Source of the DNA: an uncultured delta proteobacterium
Lineage (GTDB): Bacteria; Desulfobacterota; WTBG01; CAIYCZ01; CAIRTM01
Direction of reading: 5' to 3'
Length of the DNA stretch: 64,000 bases
Assembly (NCBI GenBank): GCA_963804955.1
Contig: CAWDSQ010000014.1
Coordinates: forward strand, 160,001 to 224,000
The notes below the pieces were generated by a model. It did no database searches, had not been told where the DNA came from, and was given only the letters and a program-made list of their open reading frames with translations. Made by a program: the position numbers and the translations under genes. Below, in pieces: positions 33,586 to 43,501 of this stretch (position 1 is the first letter of the stretch; the number at the start of each line of letters is the position of its first letter).

Positions 33586-36219
33586 TCAGGTTTTTGATTT
33601 TGAATTTTGGGCCTTCGGGTCAGCCGCCGGCAGTTCGATGCGGAATTCGGCCCCGCTCCACCTGCTGACCCCGATGCTCAGCGTGCCCCGATGGTCGGTA
33701 ATGATGCGCTGGCACAGGCTCAAACCTATACCAGAGCCGTCCGACTTTGTCGTGTAAAAAGGGTCGAAAATCTTCGCGCGATCCTGCGGCGGAATGCCCG
33801 GTCCCGAGTCGCCCACAGTCACCACAAAATGCCCATCGCTGGCAGACGAGCGCAGCTCAAGATATTTCTCCCCACTCATGCCCTGCATGGCCTGAACGGC
33901 ATTGGTAATCAAATTAAGCATCACCTGCTCGATCATCTGCAGATCGGCGCGGCACAGCGGCAGGCTTTCTGAAAGCTCCAGGTCCACAGTAATGCCGCTC
34001 TTGCGAAGCGTGGCGGTTGAAAGCTTCAGGGCCTCTTCTATGGGCTGGTTGATGTTTATCAGCGAGAGCTTGGGCATGCCGGGCCTGGCAAAATCCATAA
34101 CGCGGCGGATGACGCCCTCGATTTTGTTCGACGCCCCCTCTATCTCATCGGCGATTGAGAGGAGCATGCCGCGCTCCGGCCCGTCGGCGATGCCGGCCTC
34201 GATGCCGTTTTTCAGGGAATACATATAGGAGTTGATGCCGGTAAGGGGATTTCTGATCTCATGGGCGATACCTGCCGTGACACGGCCGAGAGACGCCATT
34301 TTTTCCTGCAGCCGCAGGAGCTGCTCCATCTCGACGCGTCCCGAGATATCCCGGACGATGGCAGTATAAAAAACCCCGTTGCGCGAGCGCCAGGATGAGC
34401 GGGACAGCTCCATGTGAAATTCGCTGCCGTCTTTGCGCAGGCCCACCATCTCCGACTGCGCTCCATCACTGGGTTGAGGCATAACCTGATCAGCCATCTG
34501 CACATACAGGGCGCGAAGGCCCTCGGGAAGCAGCACGGCCGCATCTCTGCCGATCACCTCATCGGCGGTGTAGCCAAAGATATGCTCAGCAGCGCGATTC
34601 CAGAAAACAATATGATCCTGGGCATCGACCGAGATAATAGCATCGCTTGCGGTCTGCACGACCGAGCGGAAGCGCTCCTCGCTGCTTTCAAGAGACTCAA
34701 GCATGCGGCTGTTCAGAAGCGCAACGGAGGCAAGCTCGCTGAAGGCCGAGGCCATCCTGAGATCATTGTCGGTGAAGCCGCCGGGCTTGTTGACAAGGAC
34801 AAGCAGCGCCAGCACCTCTCCGCCGATAATAAGGGGCGAACACAGCACAGTGTCAACGGGCGGATGCTGCGCCGCAGCCGGGCCGCCGGAAAAATTCAGC
34901 ATATCATTTCTGAAGCGGGGAGTGCGCGCTTTGACGGATTCAAGGTATATGCCGGCCAAAGGCATCCCGCCGCTTGATAAAAACCCCGCGGGCAGCCTGA
35001 CGGCCCCATACTGTAAAGATTGTGCGCCATCAGGGCCGGAGACAATCCTGGCTATGAAGCCCGAGGTTGCGCCGGCAAGCTGCATGCAGAGGTCAAGGAT
35101 CGATTGAGAAGCCTCAACAAAGCCATGATAGGAGAGCACGGCCCGGGATGCCTGCAGCAGGGCCGCTGTTTCGGCGCCGCTGCGCTGCGACTCCTGCAGG
35201 GCTACGCGCAGGGCCGCCTCGGCCTGCTTGCGCACGGCCACCTCCTGGGTAAGTTCCTCCTGCTGCAGGAAAAAATTGCGGACCAGACGTGCAAGGTTTC
35301 CGAACTCGGTCTCAGATGAAACAAGACCGCCGATGAGCGATGGGTCGTGAAAATGCAGGCTTGCAGATATGCGCCTCAGAGGAAGGTTGACCCAGAGAAT
35401 CAGCAGCACCGACAGCAGCAGTATGACAGCCGAAACAAAAGCAATAAGCAGAATAAGCTGATTGCGCGACGTGATCTGTATTTCGCGGGTTAAGGTCGCC
35501 TCGCTGCGCACGCGGATCTGCGCAACGGGCCTCTTGTTCCAGCCGTAAACAACCCGGTAAAAGCCGATAACGCCGCTCTTTTCCTCATAGGTCGCCTCCC
35601 GGCTCTCCTCCCCCTTGATGGGATGAACCTCGACCTTGCTTTCCGTAATCAGAGAAAGCTCCGTTATATAGTCGCTGTTCCAGAGGCGGCCGACAAACAG
35701 ATACCCCATAGGCTGAGATGATCGTTCGGTGTCGGCGGCAGGCTGAACCGGCGCGCTGCGCACCTCCAAAAGCCCCTGCGGCGTTAGTACGAAAAAATTA
35801 CAGAAATAGCTCATGGCAAAAAGGCGGGGAAACATATCACCCTGGGCCGCGATGTCTTCAAAACCCTGCATCTCTGCCGGATGTGCGTTATAGACGGGCC
35901 GGAAAGAGGCATCGTAGAGCCACAGGCCGCTTACGTTGAAGCTGGGCATGAAGGCCGAAAAGAAAGATGGCTTTATTCTGCCTCTGCCGGCCACCGCAGC
36001 CACTATTTCGTCGCGGCAGCTGAAGTCGTAGGCAAACATCTCCAGGGATGCCTGCTCAAGGCGAAGCACGCGGTCAAACAGCGTGTTTTTCTCGTAAATT
36101 TTGCTGCGGATAAGCAGCAGCTCCTGCCGCGCCTCATGTTGCCCGAGCATGACAAACCCGGCCATAAACAGCAGGGTGATGACGACAAGCAGCAGCGTAA
36201 TGCGGGTCTGTGTTTTCAT
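33586..36219 (-). CDS. Membrane sensor histidine kinase (periplasmic CHASE4-like, GAF, PAS, HisKA, HATPase)
   Basis: Two TM segments, GAF (NKPGGFTDND), PAS, AHEIRNPL, NLITNA, DSGPG, FDPFYTTK, GIGL. Confidence 0.92.
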   Translation of the reverse strand: MKTQTRITLLLVVITLLFMAGFVMLGQHEARQELLLIRSKIYEKNTLFDRVLRLEQASLEMFAYDFSCRDEIVAAVAGRGRIKPSFFSAFMPSFNVSGLWLYDASFRPVYNAHPAEMQGFEDIAAQGDMFPRLFAMSYFCNFFVLTPQGLLEVRSAPVQPAADTERSSQPMGYLFVGRLWNSDYITELSLITESKVEVHPIKGEESREATYEEKSGVIGFYRVVYGWNKRPVAQIRVRSEATLTREIQITSRNQLILLIAFVSAVILLLSVLLILWVNLPLRRISASLHFHDPSLIGGLVSSETEFGNLARLVRNFFLQQEELTQEVAVRKQAEAALRVALQESQRSGAETAALLQASRAVLSYHGFVEASQSILDLCMQLAGATSGFIARIVSGPDGAQSLQYGAVRLPAGFLSSGGMPLAGIYLESVKARTPRFRNDMLNFSGGPAAAQHPPVDTVLCSPLIIGGEVLALLVLVNKPGGFTDNDLRMASAFSELASVALLNSRMLESLESSEERFRSVVQTASDAIISVDAQDHIVFWNRAAEHIFGYTADEVIGRDAAVLLPEGLRALYVQMADQVMPQPSDGAQSEMVGLRKDGSEFHMELSRSSWRSRNGVFYTAIVRDISGRVEMEQLLRLQEKMASLGRVTAGIAHEIRNPLTGINSYMYSLKNGIEAGIADGPERGMLLSIADEIEGASNKIEGVIRRVMDFARPGMPKLSLININQPIEEALKLSTATLRKSGITVDLELSESLPLCRADLQMIEQVMLNLITNAVQAMQGMSGEKYLELRSSASDGHFVVTVGDSGPGIPPQDRAKIFDPFYTTKSDGSGIGLSLCQRIITDHRGTLSIGVSRWSGAEFRIELPAADPKAQNSKSKT

Positions 36220-36334
36220 GGGCAATGCTCTCTTGAGTCTCATTATACACGGAAGCAGACGCAAAAAAATAGTTTCTTTTTTTTTTATTTATGGTAACTT
36301 CCATTGTTATTTTATAATCATAAAGGAGATAAAC

Positions 36335-36682
36335 GTGTATTTTCTACTGACATCAACAGCCTATGCAATGGCTCCCGGCGCCGACGGCGGACAGGGCGGT
36401 GGCTTCACAGCCATTATCCCCCTGGTTCTGATGTTCGGCATCTTCTATTTTCTGCTTATCCGGCCGCAGCAGAAAAAAGCAAAAGAGCAGCAAAACATGA
36501 TCAATGAGTTGAAGCGGGATGACACTGTCGTTACGACAGGCGGCATCTACGGTAAAATAACCGGAGTTACCGACACCATCATCACCCTTGAGATCGCGCC
36601 CAACGTGCGCATCAGGGTTACCAAGAGCAGCATTGCCGGCAAGGCCTCGACAGAGGTAAAACCGGCTGAAGATAAAAAATAA
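36335..36682 (+). CDS. yajC: Preprotein translocase subunit YajC
   Basis: FYFLLIRPQQKK, VVTTGGIYGKI. GTG start after AAGGAG; directly upstream of secD. Confidence 0.95.
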   Translation: MYFLLTSTAYAMAPGADGGQGGGFTAIIPLVLMFGIFYFLLIRPQQKKAKEQQNMINELKRDDTVVTTGGIYGKITGVTDTIITLEIAPNVRIRVTKSSIAGKASTEVKPAEDKK

Positions 36683-36706
36683 ATAAATACATTATAAGGA
36701 GTTCCT

Positions 36707-38305
36707 GTGATGCAGAGCATGAAATGGCGATCGCTACTGTATGCGGCGATTCTCGCTGTGGCTGTAGTGTACCTGCTGCCGACCTTTGTTAAAATGCCGG
36801 CGGGGCTGGAAAAATATCTGCCGAAAGACAAGATAGCGCTGGGCCTTGACCTGCAGGGCGGCATGCACCTTGTCATTGAAGTGGAGACGGAAAAAGCGCT
36901 TGCAAACAGCCTTGATCGCTACGCCTCAGATCTCGAAGAATATCTCTATAATGAAAAGATTCCTTTTGACTCGGTCAAGGTCATTGGAGAAACCTCCATC
37001 GAGGCGAAAATCACCGAAGCCGAAGCTAAGGAAAAGGTTCGGCAGGTGCTGCAGAAGAATTTCCCCATGCTCAGGGAGCAGAATCTTGATGAGACCAAAG
37101 ACGGGGTGAACTTTACCCTGCAGATTGATCCCAAAGAAGCAATACAGCTTAAAAAGACGGCCACCGAGCAGGCCCTTGAAACTATCCGGAACCGCATCGA
37201 CCAGTTTGGCGTGGCCGAGCCCACTATTCAGCTCCAGGGCGAAGACCAGATCGTTATTCAGCTGCCCGGCATCAAAGACCCCAAGCGGGCCATCGAGCTC
37301 ATCGGCAAAACCGCGCTTCTGGAGTTCAAGCTTGTTGACGAGGGCAACAGCGTTGAGGATGCCCTGAAGGGCGATATCCCGGCAGACTGCGAGCTTCTGT
37401 ATCAGCGCGAAGTGAATCCCGCAACCGGCGAGGTCAAAAAAACGCCCTTTCTTCTGAAAAAGAAGACCCTCCTCACCGGCGATCGGCTGGTGAATGCACA
37501 GGTGCAGATCGACTCGCGCTTCAATGAACCCTATGTTTCTATGGAATTTGACGCGCGCGGCGGCAAAATATTTGAGCGCATAACAGCAAAAAACATCAAA
37601 AAGCGCCTCGCCATTATCCTGGACAATAATGTCTATTCCGCCCCGGTCATTCAGGACCGCATCGCAGGCGGCAATGCTCAGATAACAGGCAGGTTCGACA
37701 TGGAGGAGGCACGCGATCTGGCTATTGTGCTGCGGGCCGGGTCGCTTCCGGCGCCTGTGAAAATTCTCGAAAAACGCTCGGTAGGCCCCTCCCTTGGTCA
37801 GGATTCGATTAATCAGGGCATCCGGGCCATGCTTATCGGCTGCCTTGCGGTTATTGTTTTTATGATCCTCTACTACCGGCTTTCGGGCATTGTGGCAAAC
37901 TTCGCCCTTGTGCTTAATATCGTGCTGCTGCTGGCAGCGCTTGCCGGCGTGAAGGCAACACTCACCGTGCCGGGCCTTGCCGGTATCGTGCTCACAATCG
38001 GCATGGCGGTTGACGCCAATGTGCTTATTTATGAACGCATCCGGGAGGAACTGCGCAACGGCAAAACAACCAAGGCCGCCCTTGATACGGGCTATTCCCG
38101 GGCATTTATGACTATTTTCGACTCGAACCTGACAACGATGATCTCGGCTATTTTCCTTTTCCAGTTCGGCACCGGGCCGGTCAAGGGCTTTGCTGTCACA
38201 TTGATCTTCGGACTTCTTGCAAACATGTTCACTGCGGTTGCCGTTACGCGGCTTATCTTCGACTATTTCGTGCTGCAGCGCCGCGTAAAAACCATTAGCA
38301 TATAA
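36707..38305 (+). CDS. secD: Protein translocase subunit SecD
   Basis: LGLDLQGG, RIDQFGVAEP, LRAGSLPAP, VGPSLG, GMAVDANVLIYERIREE. Confidence 0.97.
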   Translation: MMQSMKWRSLLYAAILAVAVVYLLPTFVKMPAGLEKYLPKDKIALGLDLQGGMHLVIEVETEKALANSLDRYASDLEEYLYNEKIPFDSVKVIGETSIEAKITEAEAKEKVRQVLQKNFPMLREQNLDETKDGVNFTLQIDPKEAIQLKKTATEQALETIRNRIDQFGVAEPTIQLQGEDQIVIQLPGIKDPKRAIELIGKTALLEFKLVDEGNSVEDALKGDIPADCELLYQREVNPATGEVKKTPFLLKKKTLLTGDRLVNAQVQIDSRFNEPYVSMEFDARGGKIFERITAKNIKKRLAIILDNNVYSAPVIQDRIAGGNAQITGRFDMEEARDLAIVLRAGSLPAPVKILEKRSVGPSLGQDSINQGIRAMLIGCLAVIVFMILYYRLSGIVANFALVLNIVLLLAALAGVKATLTVPGLAGIVLTIGMAVDANVLIYERIREELRNGKTTKAALDTGYSRAFMTIFDSNLTTMISAIFLFQFGTGPVKGFAVTLIFGLLANMFTAVAVTRLIFDYFVLQRRVKTISI

Positions 38306-38323
38306 AATAGAAGGGATACCACC

Positions 38324-39257
38324 GTGGCATTCTTTGAACTGATAAAACCTAATACCAAAATCGATTTCGTCGGCATGATCCGCTACACGCTGGCGCTGTC
38401 ATGGATAGTGATTCTTGATCGGCATTGTCTCCCTGGTCGTAAAGGGCGGACCGACCTATGGCATTGATTTCAAGGGCGGCACGCTGTTTCAGGTAAAATT
38501 CGCCAGGCAGGTCTCAGCGGCGGATATTCGCGCAACCGTTTCCGGCATGGGGACTGAATCAAGCTCCGTTCAGGATTTCGGCGCTGCCACTGAAAATGAA
38601 TATCTCATCAATATCGAATCCAAGGTAGAGGACCTCGAACAATTTTCCGACCAGTTTAAAGCGGCTTTCGAAACCAAATTCGGCAAAGACAGCTTTGAAA
38701 TCCGGCGCAGCGAGGCTGTCGGCCCCAAGGTCGGCAAAGACCTGCGGCAAAAAGCCATGCTTGCCGTCCTCTTCTCCTGCATCGGCATGCTTATTTATAT
38801 GTGGTTCCGGTTCGAGTTGCGGTTCGGCCTGGGGGCGGTGCTCGGGCTCGTGCATGACGTGCTGATCGTGATGACTTTCCTTTCGCTGACCAATACGCCC
38901 ATCGATCTGACGGTTGTGGCAGCGCTGCTGACCATCGTCGGTTATTCGGTCAATGATACCATTATCATCTGCGACCGCATCCGTGAAAACATGCCCAAGA
39001 TGACACGCCAGAAATTCAGCGATATTATCAACGTCAGCGTCAACCAGACCCTGAGCCGCACGGTTCTGACCGTCGGTACGACGCTGCTGGCTGCACTGGC
39101 GCTTTTTCTTTTCGGCGGCGGCGTTATTCATGATTTTGCCTTTACCATGCTTGTGGGCGTCATCACCGGCACCTATTCATCCGTCTTTGTGGCCTGCCCG
39201 GTTGCCATCTACTGGGAAAAGATGTTTATGAATAAAGCGGCAGGGGCCAGAAAATAA
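38324..39257 (+). CDS. secF: Protein translocase subunit SecF (frameshift near 38416)
   Basis: GTG 38324 gives MAFFELIKPNTKIDFV, continuing in another frame as GIDFKGG, VGPKVG, GYSVNDTI, DRIRE, GTYSS. Confidence 0.93.
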
Positions 39258-39441
39258 ATGTTTGCGGCCATGTAAATAGTTCCGGGCATTTTACAGCCTT
39301 GCCAACGGGGGCAGCAGACTCTGCAAGCAGCAGAACCCCGCATAGGCATTCATGTTGCAGGAGCGTTTGATTCCGCGAAAAAACGGCGGAGACATACGCT
39401 TCTGTTTTTTTAGAACACAGGTACTTTTAGCGGTATTATTT

Positions 39442-40681
39442 ATGATTACTGTTGAACAGGCACTGGAAACAATACTGGCTCATATAAGCGTACTCGGCAC
39501 CGAGCGCGTGGATATACTTGCAAGCCGCGGCAGGGTGCTCTCTGAAGATATTATTTCAATCCTCAATGTGCCGCCCCTTGATAATTCCAGCATGGATGGC
39601 TATGCCGTGCGTGCCAACGATGTGCTGGGGGCTGCACCTGACCATCCGAGAGCTCTTACAGTCGTAGGCGATCTGCCTGCAGGCTACACCGCTCAAGAGC
39701 CCCTACAGCCGGGTGAGGCCCTGCGCATTATGACGGGAGCGCCGATTCCGGAGGGTGCAGATACGGTCATTATGCAGGAAAATACGCGGGCACGAGGGCT
39801 CGCAGGTTACGATCCTGCAGGCCGAAAAGCCCGGAACCAATGTACGGCGCGCAGGCGAGGATATTAAAAAAGGCGCTCTCCTTTTTCAGGCGGGAACCCT
39901 TGTGCGGCCGGCACATATCGGCATCATGGCATCCATCAAGCGGGCCATGGTTTCGGTGTACCAGCGGCCGCGCGTTGCCATACTGTCAACGGGCGACGAG
40001 CTTGTTGACATTGATGAGGAGCTGGGGCCCGGAAAAATTGTTACCAGCAACTCCTACTCGCTGGCCTCCCTTGTTGAAGATGCGGGCGGCATGGCGATCA
40101 TGCTGGGCATAGCCCGCGACACGAAAGAAGCCCTGCGCAGCCGTATGCTTGAAGGACTCCATGCCGACATCATCATTTCTTCGGGCGGCGTATCCGTCGG
40201 CGATTATGATTTTGTAAAAGACGTGCTGCAGGAACTCGGCGCGGACATGAAATTCTGGAAAGTGCTGATGCGGCCGGGTCAGCCGCTGGCCTTCGGCGTC
40301 ATCGGCGGCAAACCCGCCTTCGGACTTCCCGGCAATCCCGTGTCGGCCATGGTATCATTCGAGCAGTTCGTGCGGCCCGCCATGCGCAAAATGAGCGGTC
40401 ACACAAAGCTGTTCCGTCCGCTCATTGAGGCTGTGGCACAGGAAGATGTGACGGGCAGACCGGGAAGAAAATTTTTTGTTCGCTGCAGGCTGGCGCAAAA
40501 GGATGGGCAGTGGCATGCCACCACCACCGGCGAGCAGGGCTCGGGGATATTAAGGTCTATGGCAGAGGCTTCAGGCCTTATGGTCGTGCCGGAAACAGCC
40601 GAGCGCATTAAGACAGGCGACCGGGTGAAGGTGCAGGTGCTTGATCCGGAATTGGGCTACAGCGAAACGCCGCAGTATTAA
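39442..40681 (+). CDS. moeA: Molybdopterin molybdenumtransferase MoeA (frameshift near 39790)
   Basis: SSMDGYA and RIMTGAPIP in ORF 39352-39867. [29 protein letters not shown] in ORF 39755-40681. Confidence 0.93.
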
Positions 40682-40754
40682 GTCCGGCACGGTCCTTCAA
40701 GAAACTCGAACGTATAAACCATGTATCAGCATTGATCACTACAGGAGACAGGTC

Positions 40755-42554
40755 ATGGCAGAACCTTTTGTAAACCTCAAACGCACCAGTTACTGCGGCG
40801 ATTTGCGCAAAAGCCATGTGGGGCAGCAGGTTACACTCCTCGGGTGGGTGCACAGCCGTCGCGACCACGGCGGCCTTATATTTGTCGATCTTCGCGACCG
40901 GACAGGACTGGCGCAAATCGCCTTTCACCCCGACGCAAGCGCTGCAGCCCTTGAAAAGGCCCATGGCCTTCGCAGTGAATATGTTATCGCCGTGAAGGGC
41001 ACGGTCAATACCCGGCCGGAAGGCACGGTTAACCCTGATCTTCCCACCGGCGAGATCGAGGTGCTTGCAACCGAGCTCGTTATTCTCAACGAATCGCTGA
41101 CGCCGCCATTTGAGATATCGGACCGCTCGGAAGCCACGGAAACCCTGCGCCTGAAATACCGCTTTCTTGACCTGCGACGCCCAAAAATGCAGCAGATTTT
41201 TATTGCGCGGCACCGCATGTGCCAGCTCATCAGAAATTATTTGAGCGCTCAGAATTTCATGGAATTTGAAACGCCCATGCTCACCAAGAGCACGCCCGAG
41301 GGCGCCCGCGACTATCTGGTGCCGAGCCGCGTCGAGGCCGGCAGCTTCTATGCCCTGCCCCAGTCGCCGCAGCTTTTCAAGCAGATACTCATGGTGTCGG
41401 GCTTTGACCGCTATTTCCAGATCGTGAAATGCTTCCGCGATGAGGACCTGCGCGCTGACCGGCAGCCCGAGTTCACGCAGGTTGATCTTGAAATGTCCTT
41501 CATTGATGAAGAAGATATTTACGGCTTGCTTGAAGGGCTGATGAAAAATCTGTTTAAGGAAATTCTTGCCCTCGATGTGGCGACGCCTTTTCCGCGCCTC
41601 TCATATCAGGAAGCCATGGACCGCTTCGGTTCAGATAAGCCCGATACGCGCTTCGGCCTTGAGCTTGTCGATCTCAACCCGGCTCTCAAAAACTCCGGGT
41701 TCAAGGTGTTTGCCCAGGCAATCGAAAAGGGCGGTGTTGTAAAGGGCATTACCGTGAAGGGTGCGGATTTTTCCCGCAAGGACCTCGACGAGCTTGTGGA
41801 AGTTGCCAAAACCTACGGCGCAGGCGGCCTCGTCTGGATTAAAATCAATCCCGACGGCTGGCAGTCGCCGGCGGCGAAATTTCTCTCCGATACGGAAAAG
41901 GCCGATATTGCGCGCATCATGGGCGCCGAAACAGGCGACGTGCTGGTAATGGTGGGCGATGCGTCCTTCACCACGGCCTGTACGGCTATCGGCTATGTGC
42001 GCCTGCATCTTATTAAAAAGCTCGGGCTTGAGCCTTCGGAAAAATTCAAGTTCACCTGGGTCAACAAGTTCCCCCTGCTTGAATACAGCAAGGAAGACAA
42101 GCGCTGGGTGGCCATGCACCACCCCTTCACCTCGCCCCTTGAAGAAGATATGGAGCATCTTGACTCTGAGCCGGGCCGGGTGCGCGCGCGGGCCTATGAT
42201 CTTGTCATGAACGGCAGCGAAATCGGCGGCGGCTCTATTCGTATCCACCGCCAGGACGTGCAGTCGAAAATGTTCAGCCTGCTCGGGATTCAGCCCGATG
42301 AGGCAGAGGTAAAATTCGGCTTCCTGCTGGATGCGCTCAGGTTCGGCGCGCCGCCCCACGGCGGACTTGCACTCGGGCTTGACCGCATGGTCATGCTGAT
42401 GACCGACTGCGAATCGATCCGCGATGTTATCGCCTTCCCCAAAACGCAAAAGGCCGCCTGCCTCATGTCGGGCGCGCCGTCGCCGGTAGACAACAGGCAG
42501 CTTCGCGAGCTGCACATTAAAACAAATCTCCCGCCGAAAGAAGCAAAGGAGTAA
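40755..42554 (+). CDS. aspS: Aspartyl-tRNA synthetase, probably the non-discriminating type
   Basis: [57 protein letters not shown]. His in WVHSRRD and Gly in PEGTVN match non-discriminating signatures. Confidence 0.97.
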   Translation: MAEPFVNLKRTSYCGDLRKSHVGQQVTLLGWVHSRRDHGGLIFVDLRDRTGLAQIAFHPDASAAALEKAHGLRSEYVIAVKGTVNTRPEGTVNPDLPTGEIEVLATELVILNESLTPPFEISDRSEATETLRLKYRFLDLRRPKMQQIFIARHRMCQLIRNYLSAQNFMEFETPMLTKSTPEGARDYLVPSRVEAGSFYALPQSPQLFKQILMVSGFDRYFQIVKCFRDEDLRADRQPEFTQVDLEMSFIDEEDIYGLLEGLMKNLFKEILALDVATPFPRLSYQEAMDRFGSDKPDTRFGLELVDLNPALKNSGFKVFAQAIEKGGVVKGITVKGADFSRKDLDELVEVAKTYGAGGLVWIKINPDGWQSPAAKFLSDTEKADIARIMGAETGDVLVMVGDASFTTACTAIGYVRLHLIKKLGLEPSEKFKFTWVNKFPLLEYSKEDKRWVAMHHPFTSPLEEDMEHLDSEPGRVRARAYDLVMNGSEIGGGSIRIHRQDVQSKMFSLLGIQPDEAEVKFGFLLDALRFGAPPHGGLALGLDRMVMLMTDCESIRDVIAFPKTQKAACLMSGAPSPVDNRQLRELHIKTNLPPKEAKE

Positions 42555-42586
42555 AAAAAAGGAGGCCAAAAGGCCTCCTTTTTTTT
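42553..42586. terminator. Bidirectional intrinsic terminator
   Basis: A8-GGAGGCC-AAAA-GGCCTCC-T8. Confidence 0.9.
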
Positions 42587-42735
42587 ACTGCACCTGCTCT
42601 TTTAGGGAAACCTTAGGCTCTCTGGTTTAAGATGTTTCCATTGACTCACAAACACCCTCGTCCTATATTCACCCCAACTTAAAACGCATTCCTATTGATT
42701 GCTTCAAGACATAAGCAAAAAAAAGAGCTGAAATC

Positions 42736-43002
42736 ATGAGCTGCGCTGACGATATTTTTCAATTCCCCTGTGAGTTTCCCATCAAAATCATGGGTAACAA
42801 ATCCGATGATTTCAGTACGATGGTAGTCAGGATTATTAAAAAAAATCTTCATGGTAAAAGTGAAATAACCATTGATAGCAGACTCAGCAGTGGAGACAAG
42901 TACCTATCCATCACCGCGACTATTACTGCGCAAAGCCGGAAGCAGTTGGATGCAATTTATCAGGAATTATAAAATAATACACAGGTTGTGATGCTTTTGT
43001 AA
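42736..43002 (+). pseudogene. ybeD: YbeD/DUF493 family gene with an in-frame TAA
   Basis: FPCEFPIKIMG...SSGDKYLSIT...QLDAIYQEL*, then in frame NNTQVVMLL*, which resembles the usual family C-terminus. Confidence 0.75.
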
Positions 43003-43501
43003 AACGCTCCATTGAAACCCGTGACAATGCCGAGCGATTGGGAATAACGGAGCCGGCAGTCCTTTAACCACAATACCACACTAATTTTATTGCATAATTT
43101 ATGATTGGGAAGCTGTTATTTCCTGGTTTTTTATTTGCCCAGCATGAGAGCCGTAGTGTGGAGTTTTACTGAGCAACCTACCTCCACTACAGAATGAAAC
43201 GATCAGCTTTTTGATAGCCGTTATCTGGTGATAGGGTGGTATTTTTTTCTGGATCATAAGGTCATAATGCATGGTCTCCTTTTGGTTACCTGTATTATGG
43301 TGCAACGATACTTTTTTTACGTTTCGCCAACGGAATCTGTGGATTAAAGGGCGCTATTTTGGGATAATGTCGGGAAATGGCCTTTTAATAGACTACGGCT
43401 CGTCTCCGGTTAACGTTTGTGACAGAAAGTATTGATTACGGCGCACGAACTGATCTGTCAATTGCTTTTTTCTTTCATTAATTTACTAAGGAATAAGGAA
43501 T

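Noticed and set aside
38400..39800. Programmed frameshifting in secF and moeA
   Set aside because: No slippery sequences, no precedent I know of, and the same indel pattern affects many neighbouring genes.
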